NCBI RefSeq assembly: GCF_009914755.1
Contig: NC_060934.1
Length of the DNA stretch: 64,000 nt
Origin: the human T2T-CHM13v2.0 reference genome, Homo sapiens
Direction: 5' to 3' (one strand)
The position numbers and the translations under genes were made by a program. Numbering within the stretch: position 1 is the stretch's first letter; each line of letters opens with the position of its first letter. The notes under the pieces were generated by a model. The model was given only the letters and a program-made list of their open reading frames with translations, ran no database searches and was not told the origin of the DNA. Of the stretch, positions 14,826 through 33,599 are shown piece by piece.

Positions 14826-15344
14826 CTTCACCTCAATACTACTGACTTCAACCATAACATACTCCTTCTGGTCTTCCTGCCTCTAGTCCTGCCATTTCTT
14901 CCTACTCAAACCTAGCCCAGATCTCAGCAGCAGATCATTCTTTGCAAAATACTGCTCCAGTTATATTAATATTATTTCCAAGTGTTCAAACCCCTAATGG
15001 CTACCTGGAGCCAATTCAGGTACCAGCTGACCTGCCCTGTGCTACCTAATATGATCCCAAAGCTTTTCATCCATTACTCAGAAAATGTGCCCAACACAGC
15101 AGCAAACCTCACACAGGCCCCTGCTTTTCAGCCACATGCCTTTCTTCTGCCTCTGCCTGGAAGGCTCTCCTCAGTCTCCACCTACGGAAGTCTTATCAGT
15201 TCCTTCAAGTCCATCTCAAATGCCATTACCTCTGATATATTTTAGGATCTCCCACACTCCAACCAAATATAATTCTACTTTCTTTGAAGCCTTATACCAA
15301 GTTCCTTGAGTCTGGAGGAAGAAAAGATTACTTTCTACGTGTTT

Positions 15345-15703
<359 letters not shown>

Positions 15704-15876
15704 TAGCCCACTCTTGCTTGCATTAGGTTTTGGCTATTTGTTGGTACGGACTGTGTCAGGAGTTTTTTTTCATGCCTTATATAGAGTAGTCACTCAATAA
15801 ATATTTATCAACCTAAATGGAATTTTAAATTGTATACAAGTAGGTTTATTTCTATATAAAGTGTATTCAGTCTAAG

Positions 15877-16050
15877 CAGTGATTGTTAACCTTGCCTGCA
15901 CATTAAAAGCTCCTGGGGAGCTTTTAAAAAATCTCAACACCCAGGCCATTTCTCAAATCAACTGAATCAGTAGCCCTGGGGTTGTGACACAGGCATCAGT
16001 ATTTTTTAAAGCTTCCCAGGTGATTCCGATGAGCGACTAAGGTTGAGAAG
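15877..16050. mobile_element. MER5A
   Basis: cctggggagcttttaaaaa...actgaatcag...aaagcttcccaggtgattcc...aaggttgagaa. Confidence 0.75.
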
Positions 16051-17655
16051 AATCATTTTATTACCATGATTATCGTAGAACTTACCCGTAAAGGTCTGAA
16101 GGGATGCAGATGGCACAAAGCTGTAGTGCTGGAATCCATGAGGAAGGTACTGCCCCTGGTTACGCGTGCAGTATGTGCCTGGAAAATAGAAATAAGCACA
16201 CACGTTGGCTTTATTAGACCCTACTATTTTGTGCTACATTTGTTAGACATGCAGCATTCATGAAGCCCCCAAAGGAAGCTCAGAAACCTGCAAAAAATGG
16301 ATCAAGGAAAGAAGGAAAGTTGATGCAATTTGCCTCGCCATTTATTTCAAAAATATGTGCAGATTCCATAAGCACCCTTCTCTCCAAGCAACTGAAGGGC
16401 TTTTCATAACTTAATTAGTCATGGCATTGGGGATCAGAGGGAAAATGGAGAAAGAAAATGCACCGTTTAAACCAAAACTGCCTTGTTGAGATAGATCACT
16501 CTTCACCAAACTAAGGGATTATGCAGAATTTCCAAATAGCAGAAGTGGTTTAAATGCATCCTTCTCTTTTTATTCATCACTTAACTTTTGTAGGCATTCA
16601 ATAAGAAAACATGGTCAATAGACAAGCAGCAAGTAGACTTAGGGCCCTGAGGAACACGTACAAGGAAGAATCATTCCCAGAGGAGTCAAAAGATGACTTT
16701 GGTAAGGGCAGTTTCACCTGGATAATCCTCACATGATAAATGGGTTGTGCTCCACATATTCATTTGTAAAGTGGTTGTTTAAAACTGAGACTATATTTCC
16801 TTACACACATATCACCCAACGCTGGATTCCCAAGTGAATCCAGAAAAGCCCGTCTAATTCATGACTGATTACAGCACAGAAATACCTCCCTTTACTGCTT
16901 CTCACTTCACTGTACTTCACAGATACTGCAGTTTTTACGAATTGAAAGTCGGTGGCAACCCTGTGAGAACGTGTGCTCTCACTGCCTGTTTCTGTGTCGC
17001 ATTTTGGTAATTCTGGCAACAATTCAAAATTTCAACATTATGATACAGTTATGGTGATCTGTGATCAGGGGTCTTCGATGTTGCTATTGTAATTGCTTTG
17101 GGGCACCATGAACTGCACCCATAGAAGGCGGCAAATTCAATCGCTACATGTTGTGCGTGTTCTGACAGCTCTACCAACCGGCTGTTCCCACATCTCTCTC
17201 CCTCTCCTTGGGCCTCCCTAGTCCCTGAGACTCAGCAATATTGAAATTAGGACAATTCATAACCCTACATTGGCCTCTAACTGTTCAAGTGAAAGAAAGA
17301 GTAGTACATCTCTCACTTTAAATCAAAAGCTAGAAATGATTGAGCTTTGAGAGGAAGACATGTCAAAAGCTGAGCTAGGCCACAAGCTAGGTCTCTTGTG
17401 CCTGTTAACCAAGTTGTGAATGCAAAGGAAAAGTTCTTGAAGGAAATAAGTGCTACTCCAGTGAACACATAAATGATAAGAAAGCAAAACAGCCTTATTG
17501 CTGATATGGAGAAAGTCTGAGTGGTCTGGATAGAAGATCAAACCAGTCACAACATTCGCATAAGCCAAAGCCTAGTCAGAGCAAGGTCATAATTCTCTTC
17601 AATTCTGTGAAGGCTGAGCTAGGTGAGAGAGCTGAAGAAGAAAAGCTGAAAGTAA

Positions 17656-18055
<400 letters not shown>

Positions 18056-19314
18056 TTATCCAGAAGATCTAGCTAAGATCATTGATGAAGGTGGCTACAC
18101 TAAACAACAGATTTTCAATGTAGATGAAACAGCCTTGTATTGAAAGAAGATGCCATCTGCGACTTTCCTAGTTAGAAAGGACAAGTCAATGCCTGGCTTC
18201 TAAGCTTCAAAGGACAGGCCGACTCTCTCATTAGGGGCTAATGCCGCTGGTGACTTTAAGTTGAAACCAATGCTCATTTACCATTCTGAAAATCCTAGGG
18301 CCCTTAAGAATTGTGCTAAATCTACTTTGCCTGTGTTCTATAAATGGAACAACAAAGCCTGGTTGACAGCACATCCGCTTACAGTGTGATTGACTGAATA
18401 TTGTAAGCCCACCATTGAGACTCAGAAAAAAAGTTTCCTTTGAAAATATTACTGCTCGTTGGCAATGCAGCTGGTCACCCAAGAGCTCTGATGGACACAT
18501 ACAAGAAGATTAATGTTGCTTTCATGCCTGCTAATACAACATCCGTTCTTGATCCAGCCCATGGATCAAGGAGTCATTTCAACTCCCAAGTTTTATTATT
18601 TAAGAAACACATTTCTTAAGGCCATAGTTGCCATAGACAGTGATTCCTCAGATGGCTCTGCGCAAAGTAAATTGAAAAGCTTCTGGAAAGGATTTACCAT
18701 TCTAGATGCCATTAAGAACATTCATGACTCATGGAAGGTCAAAATATCAACATGAACAGGAGTTTGGAAGAATTCGATTCCAACCCTCATGGATGACCAA
18801 GAGGTTCAAGACTTGAATGGAACACGTCACTGCAGATGTGATGGAAATAGCAAGAGAACTAGAATTAGAAGTGGAGCCTGAAGATGGGGCTGAATTGCTG
18901 CCATCTCATGATCAAACTTTAGCAGATCAGAAGTTGCTTCTTATGGCTGAGCAAAGAAAGTGGTTTCTTGAAATGGAAACTACTCCTGGTGGAGATGCTA
19001 TGAACATTGTTGAAATAACAATAAACAATTTAGAGTATAACATAAACTTTGTTGATAAAGGAGCAGCAGGATTTGAGAGGATTGATTCTAATTTTGAAAG
19101 AAATTCTACTGCGGGTAAAGTACTATTAAACAGCATTGCATGCTGCAGAGAAATCATTATGAAAGAAAAAGTCAATCAATGCAGCAAACTTCGCTGTTAT
19201 TTTAGGAAATTGGCACAGCCACTGTAACATTCAGCAACCACCACCCTGATCAGTCAGCAGTCATCAACATCAAGACAAGACCCTCTTGACAGCAAAAAGA
19301 TTATGAGTCTGTGA

Positions 19315-19672
<358 letters not shown>

Positions 19673-21299
19673 GTCAAAGTATTCTTTAATTAGGGTATGT
19701 ACATTGTTTTTTAGACACAGTGCTATTGCACACTTAATAGACTACAGTATAAACATAACTTTTATATGCACTGTGAAAGCAATAAAATTATGTGACTTGC
19801 TTTATTGTCTGGAACAGAGCTCTCAGTATCTCCGAGGCATACCTGTACCTATTACACTAGATTGGGTTATGGCCTCAAGAACAGGGAACCAGACAAAGCA
19901 GTGAATAAGAGAAAAAAGACTACTTCCTCCTCCTTTTCGGTGCCTATGATGTGTCAAAGCTAGAGTGTCTATGATCCTTTCTGCATCTAGCCTTCATTCT
20001 TTGTTTTTCTTCCCAGGTGCCCTGTGCCCCATGTTCTATAATCTCACTGCTCTAACTTGTCCCATCTCATCCCTTCCCCAAGGCCTGCCAGGGTGCTTCA
20101 CGCTCCACAATGACCTAACTCCAGTTCCATACATCTTGGCTTGGTATCCAGAAGAAACCAGTCCAGTTGAACAAATTCTAAATGCCCGAGAGTCTTTTAA
20201 CTTCACAGAGGTGCTGAATTTTTAAAACCAATTGCTTTCTCCCTCCCATCAACTTCTATTTAATAAAATTGCTGAGAGAGTTTTTTTAAAAAAAATCAAA
20301 CTGTGAGGGGAAATAGAGGGAACTGACTCAGACACCCGAACTGTTCTGCCAATCACAGCCTCTTCCTTTCTTCCTTCTCCTCCATGTGCTCCCAAAGTAC
20401 CTTCCAAGCCGGGACCTTGAGTTTATGTGCATATGGGCTATTAATAAATCTATTGTAAACTCAAAACTGCCAGGGAAACCATAAATGTAGGCAAATTTAC
20501 TCATAATAGCCTTTATTCAGGGTCCCTTCCAGGGTCCTTGGGTAACTTGCATTAAAAATATTTCCACTAATGGTTGAGTTGAAAGTCAACATGCCTTACC
20601 GGTAAATGAACAGTTACTTAGACTTCAATAGAGTCAAAGTCCTTTTAATCACTAATAGCTTTTTCTTGTTTTAAGTGTATCAATATTCCAGAAAGTTCAT
20701 TACTGAAGCATTGTTTGAAGAATGCCAAGCATCTTCTAAACTTTGACAATGCAGTGGTCATCAGTATGCTAAAAAGTTGCTAATATCATGTTTTTAAAAA
20801 TCTGTGCAGTGCAAAAAATTGCATATTTGCTAAAAATATGTTTGCCTCTTATTTCTAATTACATTAGTTAGCATACTTGGTATTATAGAACCATAAACAA
20901 GCTGCCTTTGGTTAATATGTACATAATAGCCACTTCAAATTCCAAAGAGAAATAGCCTTGAACTTGCAAAAAATAAAGAAAGAGCATACTTTTCAATCCT
21001 CTGAGAATTGTGCCATAAATGCTGAGAGTATTGAAAATGGCTGCACTGCTATAAACATTAATTTGCTAGAAGATTTTAACATATAAGTGAATAGAAACTG
21101 TTTCTCTAATAATAAAAAGTAAAATATTTCAACATTATTTGACAATAGTATTTTAAGGCTGAAATAAATGTACATTTTTCTTTAAAATGTAGAAAGTAGT
21201 TATAGTTTCCAGGTTTAAAGATTACTTTTTGATAATGAATGAACCAATTTTTTTTTATTTCTTGGAACTGATAAGAGCAGATACTACACTTGGTCTTAG

Positions 21300-21813
<514 letters not shown>

Positions 21814-22875
21814 TTATTTGACATTTAAAAGTAATTTTATAAACGATTCTTATTTATATTGTATAAATTACTACATGTATTACAACCTGGTTAAAATATC
21901 TCTGGAGCAACAGAAAGATAACTGGATTTTGGTTTTCATTCTTAAACGCTTCTTAACTGAAAACAAATACACATTAAAAAATGGGATTTAAAGATGGGCA
22001 AGCACAGTTTGGACTGGAAATTCATGGAGATATGAATATAGTCTTGTTACAATAAGAGGTGTTTTTATACTCACAAGAAACATAAATTATTTGTATATAG
22101 CTAGCATGGTAAAAGTAATTGCTCAATATTCCAAAACTCCAAAAACTCCAATGTTTCTACACAGATTCAATGAGTTATCAGCAAACAAGAGATAGATTCC
22201 TGTACTTTCCACATGATTACTGTTGTAAGAATCCAGTGAATGTATACTAGTATTGACTATAGTTGTCACTGCCAAAAGATGACTAAATATGTATACAGTA
22301 TAAAAGTTTTACTGCATGTTTTAAGGGCAGTAAAAATCCTAAAATAATTCAAATGAGAAAATTTTAATGCAACTATATTTTAACACAGTATTGGTAAAAA
22401 ATGTTTCCAGTATTTTGATTTCAGAGACACCTTATCCTCTTTTATGATTTTCACTTAGTTTTTGCAATCATTAGCATTAAATTTATTGGCCTAATCTTCT
22501 CTTTTCATTATCTCCCTGTCCAGATAAAAATTTTTAGAATATTTAATAGCATTAGGAAAGCTTCCTAGTTTGTAAATTCTTAGGTGAATTCTAAGGAGGA
22601 TTTTAGTCATTCAAATGAGTTTAGATAGATTCTCTAATATTTTCATAACTCTGGGATCTCTGTCTCTTTATTTGTAAAATAAGCAAAGTACTGAGGTTTG
22701 CTGAGGATGGAGGGTAGGATAAATGCATAAATAAATATTTATGAAGCGTTTAGACAACCCCCCCCCAAAAGAGTGGTAGCAGTTTTTTAAATATGTATTT
22801 TTAAAAATGTCTTTAATGTTTAAAATATTTTTCTCCAAAGTAAATAGTTAACTTGTTTAAAAAGTTCACGTTACT

Positions 22876-23170
22876 GGCCGGGCGCGGCAGCTCACGCCTG
22901 CAATCCCAGCACTTTAGGAGGCCGAGGCAGGCAGATCATGAGGTCAAGAAATCGAGACCATCCTGGCCAACATGGCAAAACCCCATCTCCACTAAAAATA
23001 CAAAAATTAGCCAGGCGTGGTGGCGTGCGCCTGTAGTCCCAGCTACTTGGGAGGCTGGAGCAGGAGAATCGCTTGACCCTGGAGGCGGAGGTTGCAGTGA
23101 CCCGAGATCCCACCACTGCACTCCAGCCTGGGCGACAGAGTGAGACTCCGTCTCAAAAAAAAAAAAAAAA
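22876..23170 (+). mobile_element. AluSc-like
   Basis: GAGGTCAAGAAATCGAGACCATCCTGGCC; TSD-like AAAAAGTTCAC. Confidence 0.88.
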
Positions 23171-24446
23171 GTTCACATTTCTTTCCTGCCCACTACTTTG
23201 TCCTTCCTTAGAAGGGTAGTACACAATGATGGGATTTTGTCTTCCAAGATGGCATGCAGCAAAGAAATAAATGGACAAACCTAAAGAAAAATCAAATTGA
23301 TTTTCAAGAAATATCCTGTCTGCTTTCTGTAGGGAGATTCCAGGGAAATTCACTTCAGTGTAGGCAGAATAGCCTAGGGGAATTTTGACTTCTGTGTCTA
23401 TGATTGAAGGTAGTGGAAATGATGACTCCACCGTGCAGAGAAATAGCAAGGGAGTTTCTGTATTCCTTTCTGGCATAAGTAGTTCAGGACAATTCCACAG
23501 TACTGTCCCAAACCCTAATGAAGAAACATCCCATGCCAGCATCTCAGTGGCCTTACATTGAATAAATCAGCTTTAGAATACCTGGTATACGTGGACCCTC
23601 AAAAATAAGCATATCCTTTGGTCTCTGTTTTTGCATTCTCAGCTACATCACGTCTGAACTTAATCCTGTTGATTCACATGAAGACTGACAAATGATGTAC
23701 ACCCACACACACACAAACACACACACACTTCAAGTAAGGAGTCGTGGAGCACCCACAGCTGACTTAATTCAATCCAAATCAAGTGACACCTTGTAACGCT
23801 TTTTCTCCCTCTCCATGCATAAGTTCTTCCCACTTGAAAACACACCAGGCCCCAGAAGTCCCGCAAACATGGTATGCTTCCATCTCAGGAAGCTGGAGTC
23901 AACTTATTTTCTAGAGTACTTTTTTTGGTTATTGAAATCTTAATGCAAAAGCCATTATAGTGACTATTTTGAAATGCGTGCATTGCATAAACTGTATATT
24001 TCACCTCTATTACTAGAAAGCAATTAACAGATCTTGGCTTTTATCCATGTTCCTCCACATCATGCATGTGAAGACCTTCTGTGGAACTGAAAACCAGTGA
24101 TCATTTAAGCCAAAATGTCTGCGAGCATAAATCACGTCCTTCCTCAGAAGGCACATGGTATTGTATTCTGGTAGAACACGTCATCTACATGACACCCGTT
24201 GCTGTTCCCTAGTCCTGCTTTCTTAAGGATTTGTTGGGATTGTGTTTTGTTTGGAAATTTTGCAATTAGAAGAATAAAAATTAAATTTATGAATCAGAAT
24301 TTAATATAAGCTGCATGTTTTTAAAGGCAATTTAGAGGATGTGATGGACTGTTTCTTTATTTATTAAATAAAGTTTTATTTATTCTCAACTGATTGTTGG
24401 GTTGGTTTTGCTTTTTTTTTTTTTTTTTTTTTGTCCCACTCTTAGT

Positions 24447-25272
24447 ATTCTGTGTTCTGTTACGTGATGGTCACTCAGGTGTGCCCATGAGAGGAGTCAT
24501 AGGAAAGGCTCAAGAAAACAAACTTTATTGTACTCACAGATCCTAGAAACAGGAGGCATGTCACACCATGCAGGGCCACACGGGGAAGCACCAGCTTCAG
24601 TCAGGAGGCAGAAGGGGCTGGAGCAAGGTAAGAGCCTAGGCCACGGCCCTTATTGTAGTTCCTGTGAGGAAGGCAAGGCAGGGCAGGACTGGCTTGTTTA
24701 AATAATTTGGAAAGGCTCTAAGAAGTCCCTAGCTACCTGGTATCTGGCCCTGAGATAATTAAGGCAGGTGAATATTACTTCCTGGTGTGTACAGGCCAGA
24801 TCTCTGGATTGGTTAGTCTGCATACCAAAGGCAAGCTTTCCTTTGAGCCCTTTGCTATCCTTAAAAATTGGCCAGCCTTAAGAGGGGCAGTCTCTCCCCA
24901 CCCAGAAAAGTTTTTTGTTGTTGTTCTGTTTTGTTTTAAGAAACAGTCTCATTCTTTTACCCAGGCTGGAGTGCAGTGGTACTCATAACCTCAAACTCCC
25001 GGGCTCAAGCAATCCTCCCACTTCAGCCTCCCAAGTAGCTAGGATTACAGGCGCACACCACCACACCCAGCTAACTTTTAAAATTTTTTGTAAAGACAGG
25101 GTCTCACTATGTTGCCCAGAGTGGTCTCAAATCCCAGGCTCAAGTGATCCTCCTGTATGAGCCTCCCAAAGTTCTGGGATTACAGGAAGGAGCAACCACA
25201 CCCAGCCCAGAAAGTTTTTAAATGTTAAAACAGCATAATATACAGAACATTTTAAAACTAAACAATATACTT
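24447..25272 (-). mobile_element. ERVL-type LTR (MER73/MER74/LTR53-like) interrupted by AluJ (24910-25207)
   Basis: ctttgctatcct...aattggccagcc...gaggggcagtctctcccca...aatatacagaa; minus-strand AATAAA near 24523. Subfamily uncertain. Confidence 0.55.
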
Positions 25273-25417
25273 AGTATATGAGATGGGTAAATTCTTGTTT
25301 TCCAGAACAGTAATTTGCTGCATAACAAGGTTTTAGTCAATCACTTATATGACAGTGGTCTCTTAAGCTTAAAACAGAGTTGAAAAATTCCTATCACCTA
25401 GTGACTTTGTAGGTAAC

Positions 25418-25782
25418 TGATACGGTTTGGCTCTGTGTCCCCTCCCAAATCTCACTTTGAATTGTAATCCCCATAATCCCCACGTTCTAGGGCGGGACCA
25501 GGTGGATATAATTGAATCATGGGGACAGCTTCCCCCATGCTGTTCTCTTGATAGTGAGTGAGTCTCACGAGATCTGATGGTTTTATAAGAGTCTGGCTTT
25601 TCCCCTGCTGGCACTCATTCTCTCTCCTGCCACCCTGTGAAGAGGTGCCTTCTGCCATGATTGTAAATTTCTTGAGGCCTCCCCAGCCATGTGGAACTGT
25701 GAGTCCATTAAAACTCTTTTCTTTATGAGTTACCCAGTCTCTGGTATTTCTTCATAGCAGTGTGAGAATGGACTATAATACA
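25418..25782 (+). mobile_element. THE1-family solo LTR (ERVL-MaLR)
   Basis: TGATACGGTTTGGCTCTGTGTCCCC...GGACTATAATACA, 365 bp, perfect 5-bp target-site duplication GTAAC at 25413-25417 and 25783-25787. Confidence 0.9.
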
Positions 25783-26162
25783 GTAACATAACATTGTAGT
25801 GCAACACATGACTCAACATGTCTGTAGTGATGCTACTATAAACAAACCAACTGCTCTGCCACTCATACATATTCAAACAATTGCACATACAACTATGTAC
25901 AGTACATAATACTTGATAATGAAAACAACTATCTTACTGGTTTATGTATCTATTATAAAATACTTTTAGAGTGTACTTCTTCTACTTATAAAAAGAATGG
26001 GTAACTGTAAAACAGACTCAGGCACATCCTTCAGGTGGTATTCAAGAAGGCATTGTTATCATAAGAGATGGCTCCAGGCCTTATACTACCCCTGAACACC
26101 TTCCAGTGCGACCAAATGTGGAGGAGGAAGACAGTGACATTGATGAATCTAGCCCTTTGTAA

Positions 26163-26518
<356 letters not shown>

Positions 26519-27388
26519 ATTAATGTGAGTTTCTATGTCTTAGTTTTTAACAAAAAAGTTTAAAAAGTAAAAAAATTAAAATAAATTTTAATTTTAAAAA
26601 ATCTTATAGAATAAGAATATAAAGAAAATATTTTTGTACAGCTGCACAACGTGTTTGTGTTTTAAGCAGTGTGCTTTTACAAGAGTCAAAAAGTTTGAAA
26701 ATGTCAAAAAATTACCAATAAGCTGAGGTTAATTTATTATTAAAGAAAGAAAATATTTTATAAATTGAGTGTAGCCTAAGTGTACAGTGTTTATAAAGTC
26801 TGCAGTGGTGTACAGCAATGCCCTAGGCTTTCACATTCACTCACCACTCACTGGCTCAGCCAGAGTAGCTTCCATTCCTGCAAGCTCCATTCATGGTAAG
26901 TGCTTTCTACAGGTGTGCCATTTTTTATCTTTAATACTGTATTTTTACTGTACCTTTTCTATGTTTAGAAACACAAATAATTATCATTGTGTTATAATTT
27001 TCCACAGTATTCAGTACAGTAACATGCTGCACAGGTTTATAGGCTAGGAGCAATAGGCTGTACCATATAGCCTAGGTGTGTAGCAGGCTAGACCATCTAG
27101 TTTTTGTAAGTACACTCTGATGTTCATACAATGATGAAATCACCTAACAACGCGTTTCTCAGAATGTATGCCCATTGTTGAGCAATGTGTGACCGTTGTC
27201 TTTCAGCTTTGGTATTTTGGGGATACACGATTCATCTGAAATAGCAATCTAAAAATCCTATGTAAATTCAATATAATACTTGTTAACATTTGTACCCACT
27301 AGTATATTTATAACCAGAGAAGGGAAAAGGTGTACATATGAGACAATAGATCATATATTTATTGTCTTATGTGTACTTTGAAATTTCT

Positions 27389-27768
<380 letters not shown>

Positions 27769-28011
27769 TCAGTACCAAAATAGCACTTTGCTTTTACTGC
27801 AATATGGCAAAATTTAAGTGAATTGAGCCTTAATTGTTGAATCCTGCAGCTCCACTAACCACAATCTAAATACACCCTCATCTGTGCCATATCTAGCAGA
27901 AATTTTAGATCTTCATTAGTATAAATATCAACTCATTAACTAAGAAACTGGCTATATTGGATGTTTAGCCTCGTCTTCCTTATGATCTGCAAATAGAAAG
28001 AATAGAAAGTC

Positions 28012-28684
<673 letters not shown>

Positions 28685-30171
28685 TCACCTTTCCCATCTT
28701 GATAGTCCTGTTTATTTGTATGTGTTTCTTCAAGAGTTCTGACCTTGGGGTTTGGGAGCTCAATCTCTAGCTTGCACCCAGGGAGAGCCCACATATAATA
28801 ATAGCTAGTCAAACTTCCAGAGGAGATCTTCCTTTATTATTTAATGCCCCTCTATTAGGAGCTCTTACAGCACATATCCCTGGTACAACACTATTGAAGG
28901 ATTTGGCTAAACTCTGTTTAGGACTACTTAATGATTAATGTGTGTGTGTTCTCTTTTGGTTGTCTAGCCAAGGACAAGAATGGTGTCACATAAGACTGGG
29001 TGTGTGTCGGTACTTGATAATATTTGTTGATTTGTTGAAAAAAAGGAGCACAGATACAAAAATATTTTTTAATTTTAATGTCTTGTCAAACTAAAAAGAA
29101 AATGAATTTCCAAGATGAACAGTATAAAATACTATAGCAAGTTTTAGGTTGCTTGGTAATCGAAATTCTATTACATATCATGATATATGAATCTTGACTG
29201 CAAAAAGATTTTATACTTGGTTTTAGCTGAGCTCCTACTTAATAAACCACAATGGATCTCTCAACATACAGTTTGAAGAGTTTCATCAAAGATTGGATTT
29301 GATCACTGAGACTTATTTACTTTTCCCTCATATGTCTTCCAGGAAAAAAAAAATAGTACATTGAGTGGGGTGGAAAGTTTAGAAATTTGGTAAAAGCTAA
29401 GTTGCTTCCAGAAATCTTCAAAACCCAGAAGCAGAAAGCTAAAGGCTTAGTATTTAAAAGACAGACTCCCATTCTTTTGGAGGAGCGACGTCAGGGAAGA
29501 AGTATGAGATTAGAATCCCATCATTTTAATTAAATTGTCTTATTTCATTAAGAAAGTGTTGTTAAATTGGTAGCCAAAAATGAAATATCTGTTGAAAAAA
29601 TAACTTTTTCTGTGCAAAGCCCTATACTAGAAGCCATAGAGATACAATGAAAAGCACACTACTCTTTCACAAGGTATTTACAGTTCAGAGAGGGAGATGT
29701 GACATCCTACCTGAAAAATGACTAATGATCTTAATATATTTTTGAGACATTCTCTGATAAACAAAAGCACCGATTTTGCTCATTCTCGAACTCTGCACAC
29801 TTCCTGGAGTTATTAATGAAGCTTCTCAGGAGATCTGAGTAAGTAGACTATTGTGCCCAAATAGCAAGTAAGGCAAATGCCTTGAATCTTGCCATTGACC
29901 CAAGTGCACACTGCAGAGTGGAGTTGTGACTAGAAAGGGGTCCTGGCATCATGACTTCTAGAATTGTGTTGTTTGTCTGCTAGATCACATAGCGTCTTTT
30001 AAGAGTTGTTGGAGTCAAGAGGTTAAACATTTTACTATTGAATTTGCAGTTTCTAAATTTTCAGTTTACTATCAAATTTGCAGGAAGCAAAGTTCTGAGC
30101 TCTCCTGTTTCTCATTAATGGATATCACCTGGAAAGGGAAATGCAGCTTCAAACTCCCAAGGGGTTTCTGA

Positions 30172-30579
<408 letters not shown>

Positions 30580-31419
30580 TAAGAAAATAAAAATTGTAAT
30601 AAAGTCTGTAGATAAACTGTGAAGAGGCAGCTGTGTCTGAGGTTAGGCTTGGGAATCCAAAATAAAAGAGTTTTGGGAGTCATTGGTGTTTTTGTTGACT
30701 TGTGACAAGACAAATTCCAAATGCATGGATAACTTAGAGTCCTGCTTTTCCTAATTATGAGTAAGACATTCTCCCAAATGCATGCACCACTCTTCACCAA
30801 GTCACTCTTTACATGAAGGGCTTGGTTTATTCACGCAATGGTTAAGCAAATTAATGAAAGTAATTCAAACCAATACCATGTTTATTATTTTGCTCCCATT
30901 TTGATTGGTCTTGATGGTAGTGAAGCCCTTATTGTCCAACTTGTACTGATTAAAAGGAAATCACTTCCAAAGGCAATATTTTTAATTTCTGTGTTAGTTT
31001 TAGAAATATAGAAGTGTATTCCTGTATATGTGTATATATACATTACTGTATACATATAAGAATAACTACATATATTTGGGTACTTGTAAGGACTTAGTAG
31101 CAATCTGCTTAATGTGGATAATAAAATATTGAGGAACTGTGTATCTAGTTACTTAAAAGCTAAATATTTCACTTTAATCTTTTTAAAAATCAACAAAAAA
31201 TATACAAGTTGACAGAGAAAATGTTTAAATTAATTACATGTACTCTCATCAGCTTTTTGAGGAACTACTACAAAGCGGCACATTCGTTTATTGGTCGGAT
31301 TAGGTTTAAACACTCCACATCTTTGCTCAGGGAAGCATTCTATATCATCACCTCCAAAGAGTTCTTTAGCGCCATCAGGAAACTGGCAAGGTACTTGGCA
31401 TGAAAAACAAATCCACGTT

Positions 31420-31425
31420 TTTATT
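31420..31425 (-). terminator. ATOH7 polyadenylation signal (a second AATAAA at 31287-31292)
   Basis: TTTATT on the + strand is AATAAA on the - strand. Confidence 0.7.
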
Positions 31426-31929
31426 TATATTTTATAAAATGTATATTTTAATAATGTGTACACAGTTTAAAAAAATACAGAGCACCGATACCCATGTACT
31501 GTACCCAGAAAAAAAAAGTGTTTCTACTTCATGCTTGCACACACAATGCACTAAAGCAAAAACGCATTTACACAACAGGAAGGTAGCTCTGTTGTGAGCA
31601 AACACAAGTAATGGATACTGTAACTTCACCCGAACAGGACAAACTCACAAAGTTTAAGAAAGTGATTATTTCTCTGAGGACTGGAACAGAATAGCTTAAT
31701 CCTATTTTTCTTAAGATTGTTTTCCCTCAAAGTAGCCCAGAAAAGGGGAAAGGGGGCATTATTTTCACAGCAATCAACCCATTCACAAGATCCATTAATG
31801 AAATCTACAAAATACAAAGGAGGAGGGGAAAAGAAAGGCAATTAAATGATTGCGTCCATAGGTCTGATGATGCGAATAAAGGTAATCTGAGAATCGACTA
31901 ATTTTCCTCGAGGATTGCATCCTTAGAAT

Positions 31930-32912
<983 letters not shown>

Positions 32913-33270
32913 GAATGAATCTTGGAGGGAGGAGAATTTATAGCAAAGAGCTGAAGGAGGGAACAGGTGGTGGCAGGTGGGCGGGCGTCCCTCGGCTTCT
33001 ATCTCAGCACCTTCCTACCCTGGGAACTGCGGGGAGGAGGGGGCGACGCACAGCAAAATCCTGACATTACAGCATTAGTCTGTTGAAGTTTCTCCAAAGC
33101 TATGTCCAACACTAACTAACACACCATCTGGAGTGGCCTGGCTGTCCCCAAAAGAATAACAAGGTGGGGGTTGGGGCAGAGCTTGGTCTATCTTTTCCCG
33201 TATCAGTGGGCAGCTTACGTATCAAAAACTTAACCGAGACTTGTAAATTATTAGACATCATCTGTGTGAA
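32913..33270 (-). promoter_or_regulatory. ATOH7 proximal promoter: TATA box and four E-boxes
   Basis: TATAAA (-) at 32937-32942; CAGGTG at 32964-32969 and 32974-32979 (10 bp apart); GC box immediately after; CATCTG (proneural CAGATG type) at 33125-33130 and 33259-33264. Matches the conserved E-box layout described for vertebrate Ath5 promoters. Confidence 0.8.
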
Positions 33271-33599
33271 AATGTTGGTTTCGGCATTATGAGATACATC
33301 GGGACTGTAGTATAAGAGGATGTAGCTTTGTTGAGAAGTGTGACAATTTTGCATAACGCTAATCTAATATACTGACATTTTAATTTTAGTTATTAAGTAA
33401 GTTGGAACAAATTAGCAGGTTCCAATATTATTGCAGACCTGGAATTTTACTGTGCAAATAATTTGGCTGTTTTCTATGAAATAATGTATTATAACATATC
33501 AAAAGATATTAACGTGTATATAAAACTTTATATTATTCTAATTATATAATTGGGTTGCTTGAATTCAGATACTTAGGCAAATCAATTCAGTATTTATAC

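Noticed and set aside
18513-19227. Tigger-derived ORFs as a possible domesticated TIGD-like gene
   Set aside because: The transposase frame has multiple stops, frameshifts and an Alu insertion.
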